This document shows positions 36,001-51,000 of a stretch of 64,000 bases of DNA, piece by piece. A program made the translations under genes and the position numbers. The notes under the pieces are model-generated. The model was given only the letters and a program-made list of their open reading frames with translations, searched no databases and was not told the DNA's origin. How positions within the stretch are numbered: position 1 is the first letter of the stretch; every line of letters begins with the position of its first letter. This DNA comes from Yuukianura sp. NJ FZ-2021 (lineage: Eukaryota): assembly GCA_046563655.1 (NCBI GenBank), contig CM102287.1, positions 6,696,001 to 6,760,000 of the forward strand, read 5' to 3'.

Positions 36001-39000
36001 ATTGAGGGCTGAGGATTTCCTCTTTTCATTTCCCGTGACCTTGTTTTTCTTTTCTGCTTTACTTTTTGCACCTAAGTCTCAACCCTATAATTTGAGCCTC
36101 TCAGAAAATGAGGATAGTATAAACTAATGCAAAGTTTTGATGATGAGGAGGGACAATGGGTTGAGAGTATTAAAAATCTAATCTTGGCGAAATCACGACT
36201 TGACTCCCTTGGCTTGGGAGCGGAGGGAGTAACTATTTGAATCGAAATCCCACGAGTGACTTGTAGTCTCGAATCAGTTGATGTGATGGAAGACTCAGAT
36301 TAATAATTGGGCACGATGTTATTAAGATACAAATCACATTTGAACACAGCTCAGAGTTGCAGAATTCGCAAAGTTGCAACTTTGCCATTTGGCAACAACA
36401 GATCCGGTACAATTCGCAAATCCACATAAAATCAAATCAAATCCTTATTATTTTCACGAATTGAGGTCACTCTCACAGGTTTCAGTTCATTAGTTCATCC
36501 CACGAATTCTGATCAAAGATCAGTCGTGGAGAGAGCGAAAGTTGGCGTGATTCCGTGACAAGCATTGTGTCACCAAAAGTCATTTCTTTACCTGCAGTAC
36601 TTTCTGTTTAGCTTATTTTGATAAGTTTAGTGGGATCACGATGGCAAAGTTAGGTTAGTTGAAGTTAGGCGACATTTATTAACAACTTTTCTCGATTGAA
36701 GTGAAAAATTTGCAAATTGCAAAACTTGAAACAAAACTCTTCAGAATTTATAATTCCAACATAAATTTTGAAAAAGAAAAGAAACTTTTTGAAAAAATGA
36801 GCATTTTATGGGAGTGGACAGCCACACCGCATAACCGTTGTGTGGTCTTTTTTGACAGAAATTTTGTGTGAGCAAGCAGTTCATAAATTGAATTTGACAA
36901 TTTAATTGTTGTTTCTAGGCGGAGGTAAGTTTATAAAACTTGGTCCAGCATAAAATATTTGGTTGGATGCTGCTGTGCGTAAACGCATCTTTCTTCAATT
37001 TTCGTATTTTTTTTCGTGTCTCGCATGGGTGGATTTGAGTTTTTGGAAGGAAAATGTTTCGTGTGTTTCTTGGAGACTGTTCCCCTGCTGCGACGAAGAT
37101 GACTGTTTGTGCACTGTGTCGGAAGCGCAAGAAGAAATGAATTTGTGGAGGAAATGGAAGCGGAGGAGATCCCATTATCCTTTGTTCTAGGAATTCTGGA
37201 AGGATCCAGTAATGATACATATTTAATATCCTACGGACGATTATCCACTGGGACTCACTTTTCAAAATGTGGAAAGTAAGCGGTTCTTGTTTCTTAAACA
37301 TTGAATCTGTCCTGGAAGCCTATTGTCTTCCTAACGTTGATGCGAGATGCAGAAGGAGGCGATGTCATCTGAAGCCATAAGCAAACGAGAGACGATGAGC
37401 TTCACAGTTTTTAATAATGTTTGAAACGTGGGAACTGCTGAGGCTGCCGTCACTCAACCAACCAACATCCTTCAGGCAGTCACAATCCTCAAATCAAAAA
37501 CCAAAAGAAAAATTCAAAATTCAAAATTATTAAAATTTTGAAACTAATTTTACTCCCACTCCCAACCAAGGTCCTGGTGGTAGGTTAACCTAACTAAAAA
37601 GTACGTGTTAAGATAGGAACTATTGAAATGTATTTTCCATCTACAGAACGGAACTGTAGCCCCATTGTCATCAATAATCTGAAATTAGATCTTCCTTCAT
37701 CTCGAAGTGCGTGAGGTTAGGTTATGCTTAGGTTTCAGATTAGGTTAGAGAGACTGCTCTACAGGGAACTCAAGATACGGATGACTCCGGAGCTTCCGAA
37801 ATCTCGCTTTTTCAGGTTAGGTTAGCCAACCTAACCTAAATTACCTCCTCTCTGCATGACAGACACACCTACCCTAATGTTTTACGATTTAAAATAATGA
37901 TTTACGTTGTCTTTATGTTAAGAATAGACTTAGAAAGCATTAGAAGCAAAAATGGTTGTGGTTGAATTAGAGGCGGAGTGCAGAGTACAATCATGACTCG
38001 GAATCATTTGGAAATTAAGTGAGACACGACTGCTAGATTTTAAATTAAATTAATTCAGTTGTCATTAGTTCTCTCAGCTAGTGGTGAGAGTCTCTCAGTA
38101 TGAAATTCATAAACGAAACAATAGAAACGTAATGCTGCACAAAATGCACTTCAAAAGCACCTCGTCTTGTTCACAGTTTGTCGTGAGAACACAAATTCTA
38201 TTTTGTCTGGATCTGGAATTTGACAAGATCAAAAGCGGCCCTTTGTCCTTGAATTTTCTCAAAAGACTAAAAAATTAATTTAAACTTTGAGATTTTTTGA
38301 ATTAAAAGCACAACAGGTCTCCGCTTTTCTTATTAAATTTAATATTTCAAAAAAAGTTGAATAAACTGCTATGAAACTAAAAGTGAAAGCAGGGATCTCC
38401 TAAGTGAAAAATGATGAAAGAGGAAAAGATCAAAAACGAAAAATGAGAGTTCCATTTTTTTCTCTCGTGTTTTGTAAACGATACATCGGGGGTCTGTCAC
38501 TATTTCCCCTTAGTTTTGTCACGGAATGAAAAATTGCTCAGAGTATCAAGGAGCAAAAGCAGGGAGAAAGTTTTCTAGTGGTCGCAGTAATGCTACAGGA
38601 TGTTGCTTTCTCCATTTCCAATCTTAGGAGCCGAAGAAACAATATTTTTGTGTCCCCTTTGTAACTTTTGGAAGAGCACCATCTCCGATGTGACCAAAAT
38701 TTCAAATTAAGGTAAAAAGAGGAAGGGAGACGGAGTGGTTCTTGTTGCTTTTCTTGGATCCGAATTCGGAGGGAGAAAGTAGAAAATCCCGTTTTGATAG
38801 GGAACGAAGTTCCAGAACTTGGGATCTCCATCCATAGCCTCTGGGACCACCAGAAAGATACTTCTGGACGCTGTGACTTTTGTAGAACAGGGAAGAATGA
38901 ATGGTGCTTTTACTTTTTCTTTTACTGAAGCTACTTTCACCATGGGAGAAAGCAGAAATAAAATACCGAGTTGGGTTCGACCGTGTAGCTTCACACTTTT

Positions 39001-42000
39001 GGCCCGTGTCCAAAACCTTAACGGTTTTACGACTGTCGACCTATTACTCACTCCGCTGCTGTCGCTGTGTGTTCCAGCGGGAATCACGGTGTGTCGTAGT
39101 TCTGCTAAGTTGAACCGGAACTGGTCCGAAGGCAGCTCAAAATCTAGTCCATGATGGTCCTGAGTTTTTCTAAACTTTTTTTTAGTTTTTCAGTTTTGAA
39201 TTCCCTTTGGAATTTCAGAGTATATGAAAACTTTTACATGTTTGTTAAGTTAGTAGTTTTGTTTTTCAGAATTATATAAACTGTTTGACCTGAAAAATTT
39301 GAAAGATTATTCGAAAAAATTTCTCTTACTTGGAAAACAGTTTTCGGGTATCCTTTGGCTCGTGCTAACATGTTTACAGAGAAGAAGATGAGAGATGTGA
39401 TGTGAAAGATCATTTCTTCCAACTGAGAAAATACTCAAGAAGTGTAAACTGCATCGAATTCTAGCGTTGCGTTAGGTTCTCCATCTGTTTCTGTTGAAAC
39501 TTCAAACTTATTGTTGAAAGATTTCGGAAGAAGGAAAAGGTAAAAAACCGCTGCTGCCGCCACGACGGAAACCCACATTTCTTTGAGCGTTGTGTCGGAG
39601 GCGAAGTGTTGAGCCTAATACCCGGATCTGGGTAGTTTGGAAGTTGTAAGGACGCGGAATATTGACTTCTACTGTCATTTCCACAAACATCAGTTGAAAA
39701 GTTTGGAGGTTCCCCTCCTTCCTTTCCGTTGAGCCTCAGAATATATATTAGTTCATTCATATGGATTAGGTCACCGTTCACAGCGGAGCAGAGAGTTCCG
39801 CCACACTCCCGGGTTTTATTAGAACCCGGGAGAAAGGAACCAGCATGTGCCTCCTCCCGTTCCAAATGAGATTAGAAAAATAGAGACCTTTTCCCCGAAT
39901 TTCGGTTTTTCGGAGTTTTCAGCCTTCGATGGCTCAAACACAGTCTGTTAACCTATTCAGCGTTAGGGAAATTCGGAAATGCCAGGAACCAGGTGCTTTG
40001 AATATTGTCAAATGTCAAACTGGAAACGGAGGGGGAACGGCAAAAATTATAGCAGAAATGGCAAATAACTAGACGCGCAACTGCAGTAACTACAAATTTA
40101 CTTTTTCAGAATTTTTGTAGTTCAAAATTATGTGGAGATGAAACCCAAATTGAAAATTCGTAACGAATTTTTTGTTTTCTTCGTTATGAATGATGAGTTT
40201 TTTGGTTGCAGAATTTGTGAGAGTGAAAGTGAGAGTAAAAGTGAAAGTTGTATGTTTTAAAATGTAAATAAGAGTTTTCATCTGTTCAAGAATTCTTGGC
40301 TACTCAAATAAACAAGGAGGAGAAGAGAGGTTTGCGGGTTTTTGAAAATTCCACCCTCTTTCAAAATTTTGAAGAGCCTTTACCACCATTCTGCCTTTGG
40401 TGCATCGAGTCCCCTTCTTTTTCAAATATTCATTTCCCTCCGTTTGTGTTCAAAAGGAGGAAGAAAGCTGCATTTTTGAAGTGGAACCAGAGAAGGAACA
40501 AGGAGTCACAGAACATGAAGTGGGTTGATTTAGAGTAAAGATTCTCCTCTTCCAAATGGACGGAAATAGAAACTTGAAGGAAGTTTAAATAGGGAGAAAG
40601 TGACTTCTTGTTTATTTTTCAAAAAAGAGCTTTCCCTCCTCCCTTTGAACTCTTGTGCAGAGAGGGGACTTTGAATTTCTGACGATGATAAAAAGAAACG
40701 AGCTCCGCTCTGGAATTCTAGTGAAAGTCCAGGACTTTCTCCTGGACTTTAGTTCTCCAGGAGGGATCCAAATGGGATATTTACCTTTGTGGGATTCCAT
40801 TCCAGAGAAACAAGGGTTTGGCTAGAAGGAAAGGAACAGTGAAAATGACTATGAAAACCAAGGAAAGTCGGTGGTTCGGAGGAAATGAAAATAAGAAATA
40901 CGATTTGGTGAGGCGGTTGTTGTGTCTTCTACGACGACTTTCAGACTTTCTTCTAAATTTCAAAAGCCACACATTAAGGAGGCTCAAGCCCTAGCGCTGT
41001 GCCTAGTCGTTGTTTATAACACTGGAGAAAGTCGTGTTCTGCTCCAGCGATTTTGAGAACGCTGGAAGTTTTAAGTAGTAAACCTGGAAATTAAATGCAG
41101 GAAAAAATTAAACCATCTTAATTGCACCATTAAAAGAACATCACCTCTGGTAATTATTTTTTAATTGTTGAAAAAAAAGTTAGCTCAGAAACATCAAAAT
41201 TTGACATTCGAAGAACGAATCAAGAGCAAGCGCTGAAAAATCCAGTTTTGCTAATAATAATTTTTGCGCTGTATCAATTTTGGCAAAAACCAAAAGAGAT
41301 ATGCTTTAACTTTTGGTTTTGAAGTGAGTCAATGTATTTTCTTAGAAATATTTTCTAGTTGAGGTAAAAGCGAAGCAAATGGAGGAACTAAGAGTGAATT
41401 TGTGTAAATATAGAAATAGGCCAATTTCGGAGGGAGTAACTATAGAAATCCATGTGAAAGTTTCCTAGAGTTGGTAATTGGGAAGGGCGGAGGCGTTGGA
41501 TGACTTTCACTCCAACTTTCTCCAGCAGAAACTCCAGAGTTCTAGAAATTTCTTAGACTTTTCTAATCTTCCCGCGTCTTCGCGTACTCTAAACTCCTTT
41601 AGGTTAAGTTGGGCTAAGCCTGGAGTTAGGTTAAGAACGTTAGGTTAAGACGGTTAGGCTAAGTTAGGCCAAGGAAAGACTGATGTGATTACCAGCGACT
41701 GAGATTAATAATCAAATTCTCAAAGTTCCTCTCGGCTTCCTCCAGACTTGTTCCTAAATTTTAGAACGAAGTACGTGTGATGCCGCTGGGTCGGAGTTTG
41801 CGAGTCTTATTAAAATATTGAAATCAAGGTTCTGGCAGTTCCAAGCAGATGCGAAGCTTTCACTATCTCTCCAAAACCTACTCGGGTTAGGCCAAATTCT
41901 AAAAGTTAGGTTAGTAACCTAACGTAAACCTAACGTGAACCTGAAAGCAGAGACTAGAGAAAGTAGGATTTTCTGGAAGAAGTCCTCTCGCTTTGGCAGA

Positions 42001-45000
42001 GTTCTACGACAGAGGGTTGCTCTAATTTATTTAGGAAGATGGATGACCCTTATGCTTTCTCTCTGCGGACAACCTTGTGGTTTTGGTTTCATTCCGTTGC
42101 TTAAGGGCTCCACTTGATCAATTTACACTTGCTATTGGGTACTTAAGGCCCCTCTGTCCCATAACTTTTATTCTGTCACATTACAATTAGGTTGGTTACG
42201 TCATGGTTTGGTTAGTGCAGGAGCTAGTGAAATGCATAACTTATTCTGAAATGGCTTTCACCTTACTTTCTTCTTTTTTTCAAATATTGGTTTTTTCCTT
42301 GCGACATTGTGTAAGGCTCCTGGAACTGCCTTTTGCACGTAATTAAATTGTCGGCCATAAGGAAACATGGAAACAGTTTCAAATTACATGCCACCGCGTT
42401 ACTTTCCCGCCGCAGTGGCACTATATGGCTAGCTTTAAGCGATTTTGCGAGCCAAAGGCGGAAAACCAATCAACTTCTTTTATGACTACTCACAAAACGC
42501 TTGCATTTTTTCCAGCTGAAATAAGGCGTTGGACATTGGAGGGAATTTCAAAACAAAAATTTACGACCTGCTCATGTCCATGCCCAAGCCGTTGACCGAA
42601 CTTGACGTGACAACCTCAGCAGTGCACTTGAACACTACTGCACCGCTCTCAAGTTTCAGTTTTTATGAACACGTTTAGGGCATGGAAAAACATGCCCAAA
42701 AGTAACCACTATGAAGAGCTATAAAGCATTGGACTAAGGGCCCTTTAGAGTCAAGTCAAGGGCCCCTTTCATTTTTTGTCCTTACAAGAACATTTTCTTG
42801 AAAACTTCAAAAAAAAAAAAAAAAAGTACTGGAAGATGTAGTCTTTGGCGTCCCATTTTATTGTAGCATCATTTAGGGATGTTTATCTTCAAAGCAGATT
42901 TTTTGCACTTGTAACATCATAAAGCTCAAAAAAAGTTGCATGCAAACACGTCCAATTTATTTGTTGATTTTAATACTCAAAATTGGGCCTTTTCTTGCAC
43001 GAAACAAGTTTACAACGGTTCTCAAAAAAAAAATTCACTGCAACGATTGTAACTTTTTTTAAATGAAATTGTTTAAATTTACAATAATACAAAATTTTAA
43101 ATTGCGAAGTGCTTTAAAAACATCAACTGTGTAAAATCTACGGATTCAACACAATCACCTGATTTCTCCGCGTTACATTTTACATTCTTTTCTGGGAAAA
43201 GCTCAACAGGAACAAAATGTTGCAAAAAAAATTGTTGTTTTTTTAAAATTTTTCTAAATTCATTTGAAATGTTTTAAAAAATTCAAAAATCAGGAGACGA
43301 AGAATACTGGATTCCAAATTTTACTTTGTTCGGAAAACGTTTGGAGCCTTCAGGTTTTTTACATTTTCTATTCGAGTTTAGTCCAGAATTTATGTTGGGA
43401 AGTTAACTTTGAGAGATTTTAGGAAGGAAGTGACACTTTGCTTTTAAAATTTACTGTTGTAAGTTTTCGTGTAAAATTTGCCACAAATGGTTAGGAACTT
43501 TGAGGTCGTAATTTTTTTGTGGATTTTGAGTGTTGGAGCGAGAGCGATGCCCATAAACCTAAATTCCCAAGGAGTCACGGTTCGTCTCCTACAAATTCCT
43601 TTTTACAACTCGAGGCAATGGGCTTTTTATGCAAGTTTTAGTGAAGCTCTGTCTGATTCTCCTTTATTACACCCAGAGACACACACAATGGACACTTCTT
43701 AAACACAACTTAAACGCGCAGATTCACGGACATAAAGTGACATAAACTCTAAATAATTTCTGACTTGGCTGTAGTGGGCGACATCCAAAAATATGAGCAT
43801 CCACTCAACCATAACCTAACTCCAAAGTGTTCAGGTTTTAACTTTCGTTTCTCGCTTCACGTTAGGTTTCCGAACTTGTGAGAATTTTATGGTTTACATA
43901 CCTAGTGTCCTAAAATTTGAATTTTAGAAACTGAAATTTTGGGAACATTTTCAAGAAATCTGGAATTTTTTAAAGTTAGGCTAGAGTTTAGGTTAGGTTG
44001 TTTATGTTTTGGGGAGGGCTGCGGGCAGGTGACAAATGTAAGCGATCTGTCCTGTTCTGACCCTGTTCATTTCCAAATCCTATTTTGACTTTGGTTGAAT
44101 AAGTGGAAATGAATCCAGGGGCCCTTTGTGCCTTAAGGCCTCTCTTCTCCAAATCACTTCCACAATGAAATGGATCTGTGTCCATGTGGTTACTACTCCA
44201 AACCAAATCCTTCTCTCTAACTTTCCCAAAACAACGTCCAAACCCACTGTAGTCGATTCAATATCAACCACAAACTGTCACTGGAAAAGGCTTTTCGAAG
44301 GCCCTTCTAAATGAAAATCTAACAAAAGGGAAAAAGAGCGGCGCAAATTCCGGTTTTGTTTGTGAAAAATAAGTTTTTTGGAAAAAGAGATTTTTCCTGG
44401 CCTTTTGTCAACTTTAACCTAACAACGTCCAAAACCCCCGCAGCTTCACCCGAAAAAAACAGCTTAGGCTAAAGTTAGGCTAAGCCTACGCGTTAGGTTA
44501 ATCTTTTGCAGCACAATAACTTAGGGTGTCACTGTCTCAGCATGAATAATTAATTCTAAATTACTTTGGGATTTGACACTTTCCAAATGGAACGCGCTCC
44601 AAACGCCCTCCTACCTCTACCTTAACCTTAGCAAAGATTAGAATTCTAAATATTTTAGAAAATGAGTTTTGGCTTGAGATTTTGAATCTGGAATTTTAAA
44701 ACTGAATTTTAGAACAACATGCTTAGCTTTGTGCTTACCTGGTTCATTTTGAGTGCTCTAGCGGAACAAAAGAAACCGATTCATCATACAGAATTGTCAG
44801 GTCGTGACAAATTGAGAAACCGAACCGAATCGCTCTTCGCTTTAAATTTAACCAGCTAAAGGTGATTTGAACACGGTTTACTACGCATGCGCCGAAAAAT
44901 CATAACCAAAATTAGACACATTTTGAGAATTTACGACAAGTCAAGTGGTTGAGGTTAAGGCACCCAAGGGTTCAACCATGAAGAACTAAATCTAAAAACC

Positions 45001-48000
45001 AACCACAAGAAAAAGTTAACAATGAGATTTTGCAAAGAGAAATAGAAATAGAAAAAGTACAATTTATGAACTCATTGTGTTTTTAGTGCTACAAAAAAAA
45101 ATTGGCAAGCTTTCGAATCTTGTTTTTCTGCTTGAATTTGGAGTCATTCAAATTTTTTTAAGGAAAAGTACCTTGAAATATTACATCTCTCATCAGTTAA
45201 GAATAAGCCACACGATTCTCTAGTTCTAACAAAATTTTAAGTTTACCTAGAGAAAATATTTAATATTTTCAATAATATAAATATTTCAAAACATTTCACT
45301 CAAAAACATCAACATTTTTTAATTCTGTGAAAAGGAAATTGGAAATGTGCCATTGAATTGAAAATTGAATTCTATCAAAGAATACACACAACGACTACTG
45401 CATTTCCATTTCATTTTTTTGTAGTTTGAGTGACATAACCTTTGCAGGTCAAAATCCAAATTCATTTTTCAGTTCCCTTCTTCCTGTCAAAAGAAACTAT
45501 TTGAACACACAAATCTGTTAGAGTTCCTCACCTAAAAAATTATTTCAAGCTGAGAAATTATTCAAGCTCAATTCAAAACTCCCCTCTCGAAGGCCCTTTC
45601 CTTGAAGGGCCCCTTTGCTCAGCTAGGTTTGATGAGATAGGGCAAGTAGATGACCTCAGAGGTGGTTAAGGCTCCAGTATCTACATCCACAGGGTCTCTG
45701 CTTGGTTCCAAGGGCTCATTAAACAATTATTCTCGTAAGGCCCAGGCAGAAGGGAGCCCTTGAGAGATTCCTTCTCGTCAAAGGATCCTGAAAGATGATC
45801 CTCCTGACGACTCCTTTGAAGGGTACAGAAACTAAGAGGAAGGCTGTAAAGTTGATGATGGGAAAAATGTTATGTTGAAATTCTCTTTTTGACTCTCACG
45901 AGACCATAATTTTTGAATACCTAAAAGCAACCTTAACTTTAGGTTGAGCAACCTAGGCAGTAGGTTACAACCTAACAATAAACCTAACAACCTAACAAAA
46001 ACGAAACAATGAATTTTAAAGTTTAGTTGTTATTCATGTGCTTCTGTTTGAGATATGCATTAAGGTTAATGTTCTTACAGCATTATGTTTAGAACATGCA
46101 GCGCAACGTAACTCAAACCTAACATTTTGGCTTCAGTTTTCGAACATAGGTTTTTGTTAGGCTTATTTTGATGATATTTTGAAGTTTGAGTAGATTTTTA
46201 GCATTCTGCTTTTCCCTCCCCGAAGGTCAATGAATTCCAAAGCAGTTTGTTGGGGAGATGAAAAGAAGGGAATGAACAGCAGCCCTGCTGGTTAGATTGG
46301 TTAGGTCACGTTAGCCTACGAAGATACACTTTGTGTTATTCATGGAGGTCATAAGTCGGGTCATAGAAAGTTTAATGACCTTTCCCGTGGAGTAGACTAT
46401 TCCAGCCATATTGTCTCACAAATGATGTTTCCAGGAACTTTTGCAGGGAGGAAATTGTTAGGCATGGGGATCCTCCCGTCTTCTTCAAAGTAAAATTTAT
46501 GTGAGCTCCGGCAGCGTCGTCGTCGCTTCGAAATGATACATCGGGGCGATGAGGGCTGACTTGGCAATAACATCTTCTTGCACGGTGCTGCTGCTAGTGG
46601 TGCAGAAAAAGTATGGAAGGTAGAAAGTATATGGAAGTGTTGAGGGGGAGCCATTTCTCTTGGAAATGTACTGGATGATACTGGGAACATTTCGGGGAGC
46701 TTATTATGTCCAATATATTAGAAGAACAAATGATGAAAAGTGTGAAAAGATAGATTTCTTCCTTCAAGGAATTTCCTACTACGAAACTAGCATTTTGGAA
46801 GCCTAAAATATTACAACTTCCTCCAAAAAATGAAATCTTGAGATTTTAATATTTGAATGAAATGCAAAATTGCATTGACGAATCTCAGAAATTTCATTCG
46901 AAATTACAATCCGGAACGAAAACACTTTCGGAAATTTCATTTGCTCGTTGTGTTACTGAAAATTTTTTTTGGAATGATATCTGCGTTACAAAATTTTAGA
47001 AAACGGGTATTGAAGATATTAGTTGTTAAGTTTAGTACGAAACGGTTTGTCAGTTGAGGATCGTCGACCATGTCGAATGCTTAAGCACCACCGATTGGTC
47101 TTGACTTCCAGCATCGCAGCATCTGGCACAAATTTATCAGTGACATTTTTAGAAAAGTCAGAGTTCGTATTTTCCCTCCACGCCTGAAGACATTTTTCTC
47201 AACAGGATTTCGACAAGGAAAAGAAAAGTGAAACATATGTCGCTAACTGCCTCTGCTTTTTTCGAAGAAGCGTAAATGAAGGGGAGCAGAAATGAATGTT
47301 CTCAAGAAACAAAACGGAAATTAGTCTGGTTTTCCCATTTCAAATTCTGTTCGAACCCGTTTTCAAAATATCTTCATTTCAACTTTCAAAAAACCCGAAA
47401 AGACAAATCGTCCAGAACGAAACTTTGAAAATGGCTTTTGAAAATCGTAAAAGATTTTTACGCAGCTTGAAATCAGCAACTGGAAATGTCGCCTTCTTCG
47501 CAGAATTTGACAACATTTTTTTGTAAACTGCAAAGACTTGTAGCAATTTGTGTCAAATGTTTTTAATTTCTATTTGAACAAGATTGAACAGTAACTTTGA
47601 AAAGAGTGTAATAACTTAAGGAGAAAAACAAAGAAAGAAATTAGTAACACTTTACGTTACGACTTCCTCTGAATTAAATTTATGTGAAATGGAAAACTAA
47701 CAAAACAGACTCGTATTGTTGAAAATTTTTTCTCAAAAAGGTAATGATGGGTGAAGCGTCTTCATAAATCCAAACTCGTTTTTCCCCAACCCCACCCCCT
47801 CAAACGCATCTTCACCCCTTAGAAAGTAAATCTTGGTGACTTCTGATCTCTTCAAGATGCAAAAATGAAATTGAAGACGTCTACGCATGAGCACGCACTT
47901 TCAAATTGGTTGATTTTTTAAACTCTTAACCAAAAACCACCCGGTGCTTTTCAAATTCTCATTCATAAAGTGGGCTTAATCACTTCGATCCCACACTGAG

Positions 48001-51000
48001 CGCAGATCAACTTCAACCCGGTTTGACAGGCTGAAACATCCGAAAGCTCCAAACTTCATCTTCTCATCAGCAGAATCTTCATCTTGAACAACATAATTAA
48101 TGTGCCAAGAATTCACCCATTTCAAACACAACTTCCAAAACTCCTGTCTTAATTCTGCAATTTACTTTAATTAAAAGCCCATGTCTCAAGTTCAAGATCG
48201 CATCGCTTCAGGGCTTTTGGCAAACGAGAATGGGCGGTTCGGGTACTTAAGGGCTAGGCCTTGCGGACTAATTCTAACCAGTGATTATTCTAGAAATTCT
48301 CCTTGCTCACGTTGAAAATCAAACTCTGTTTAGAAAAAGACTCAAATGTGTGTAATTTTTGTTTACTCTTTGAAATTATAGAGGCAGGGGGAGGGGACCC
48401 TTGGAATGATGTGCCAATTAACTTGCGTATAAGCAACAGTCTGAAGTTCATGTTGAAAGAAAAATTACAATGGAAGAGCCAAGTCAACTTCTGAAATCTG
48501 GAATTGATCTACTTTCTGAAACGGATATTTGTAATTTCTGGAAGATTATATGCAATTACTCCACAGTTCAAAAAAAAAGAAGAATTGCAATCGTTTTAAA
48601 CAAAACAAAAACGAATTTTAGTTTCCGTAATCTACCGGCTTGTTCCCATATTTGAAAAAAGTTCAGAAAGTTTCACTCACGACAAATTTTTTTTTGTAAT
48701 GTTATGTTGAGTTTAAACGTTGACTAAAATTGGTTTCCTCCTGGGCATCTGAATTATGGTTATGGTGATTGTAGACTCATGTTTAAGAAATTTAAATTTC
48801 AAAATTAAATGCTGCAGTAAGGGATGGTGCCTTGAACTGGAAAGGAAGGGAGGCTAAGGGGGTACTTAAGGGGACTAATGGGCCCATTGCTGCCTCATAA
48901 CAATCAACAGACGAAAACACAAAGAATTCAAACACAAACCACCTCCAAAGGCAGCAGAATTTACTTCAAAGGCCCTTTTAAATTCCACTTTCCTGGATTT
49001 CGAAATGGATCCCTTGGCTATTTAGCTTTCAAATGATCAAGTCAACTCGCATAATTAAAGGGGCCTTAAGGCCACTCTCGAGTCAAGAAATTGTAAGGGT
49101 CCTTCCATGCGAGTGTTCAATGTTGATTTTTTTTAAATTGTGTGCAATGTCCATGTTTTCTTGCTTTTGGAGGTAACCTTTGAATTGTGTTAATAATATA
49201 AGGTTGTGCGTGTTGAGGAAGTTGGTTATGGGTGATTAACCTAATGGAGTCTCTGTGTAAAGTGTTGATTGTACGAGGCTCAACTGGGTGAGAACCTGAT
49301 TAAGATCTTTTCCTTATTCGCAAATACTGAATTCAAACTAAGGTTAGATTAACATAACCTTAGCAGCCTAACAGCCGTGAGAACTTGGAACACAAAAATC
49401 ATGACTCATTCAAGGGTATGCAGAGAAAGTCACTTTCACTATTTGATAAATCAGAAATAAAATAACGCATTGTTTTTACGAAGTGTAGTCATTTTTTCTC
49501 TCGCTTCATCTTACTATTATTTTTCAGCCTTTCTTCCTCATAGAATGCTCCCTGAATCGCGTTTCCAATTCGTGTATTAGCAAATATTATATTTCAGAAT
49601 TTGACGCAAGGGTATGAAATTGAGATGTTTCGTTTATGAACGATTTAATTTCTTTATTAGAAAAAAAGCGCTGATGCGTAATTTGTGTTTGGTGAAGTTT
49701 GGGAATTAATCGTTGGTTTGCATGTGAAGAGTCTGTTAAGGGTCACAAACGCCCTTCCCCCATTTGCGTGGGCTGGAATCACTTTCTCCACACTGCGCAC
49801 ACTCCAAATGGAATACTCATTGACTCCTTAAGTCAACAATTGGAGGTCACGAGGTCAAGATGCTAATTAAGAACACTCTACCACCTAATCATTCCATCGC
49901 TCCCTACCACCACTTAACCACAAACGATCAATTCCTGCCATTTTCATCTTCCACGCACACAAAAAACTGTCACTCTAAACACTTCAGACGTCAAAAATTT
50001 TGCATTAGAAAGTTCATAAGAATCGTGAATTTTGGAATTCCCGATTTCAAAATTCGGAACCAGCTAACACTAACACAACCTGAACCCTGTTTTGTTCTGT
50101 CTAATTTTTTGAGGTGTGAATTAATCGTTTGTTTTGTGGCAACCACATTTGTCCGTATTACTCACACTCTGATCATCATTTGTGCAATCATAAGCTTTCT
50201 CTTGAAGGTTGAAAGTAGATCGTATAGTAGGTTAGATTAAAGTGATGTTGGTTAGTATATGGTCCATTGTTCGCAAGTTCTCATTAATTTTAATTCCCTT
50301 CCACTTTACCCCTGATTGACTAACGACAATGGCTCTCTGCCTCTGGATCTGGACTCTGGAAACTACAAAGCAGTTTCCAGAAAAGGCTTGTGGAACATGA
50401 CAAAAGATCCGAATCTCATCTCGTTCCAATTAACGCACAAAGTACAGTTTTTGAACAGTTCCTGGACACCCTCAAAATTGTGTTCACTCACCATGAAAAT
50501 TTATTTACAACGATTTAAAAAGAAACCAAAACCTATGCTTGAGCTACTACAAAGTTCAAGAAATGAATAGCTTGGGAAAAAACACAAAAATTTTGGAAAC
50601 GAAAATTATGTATAAGGTTTTGCATGCTTGGTAAATGAATTTTTTAGTTACAAACGTGCGGTCCACTTATGAAAACATGACGCTCAAAAGCTGCGAAAAA
50701 AATCCTCGTTAGAAAAACGGTTTTGATTCATGCATGAATTCGCAAAATTGCAGAGAAGCACGGAAGGGCGTCTGCGCACATCCGAATCCTTTGAAACGAA
50801 AACTAGGTTAAGCTTTGCATTTATTTTGCTTAGTGCTTTTTTTAAAAAAATGGAAAATGGATGAAGCGGATCTTTCAGTTTTAATATGACGAAAGAAGTG
50901 AAACGAGAAAGAAATTTGAAGCCTCTTTGAAGATTCTAAAAAAGAAGAAATCCAACGGCCAGTTTCAATTCTCGACGTTGAAGATGAGCCAGGGAATTTT

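Noticed and set aside
45804..45833. CTGACGA...GAAAC hammerhead-like core
   Set aside because: The small hairpin does not abut the core and no convincing stems I and III were found.
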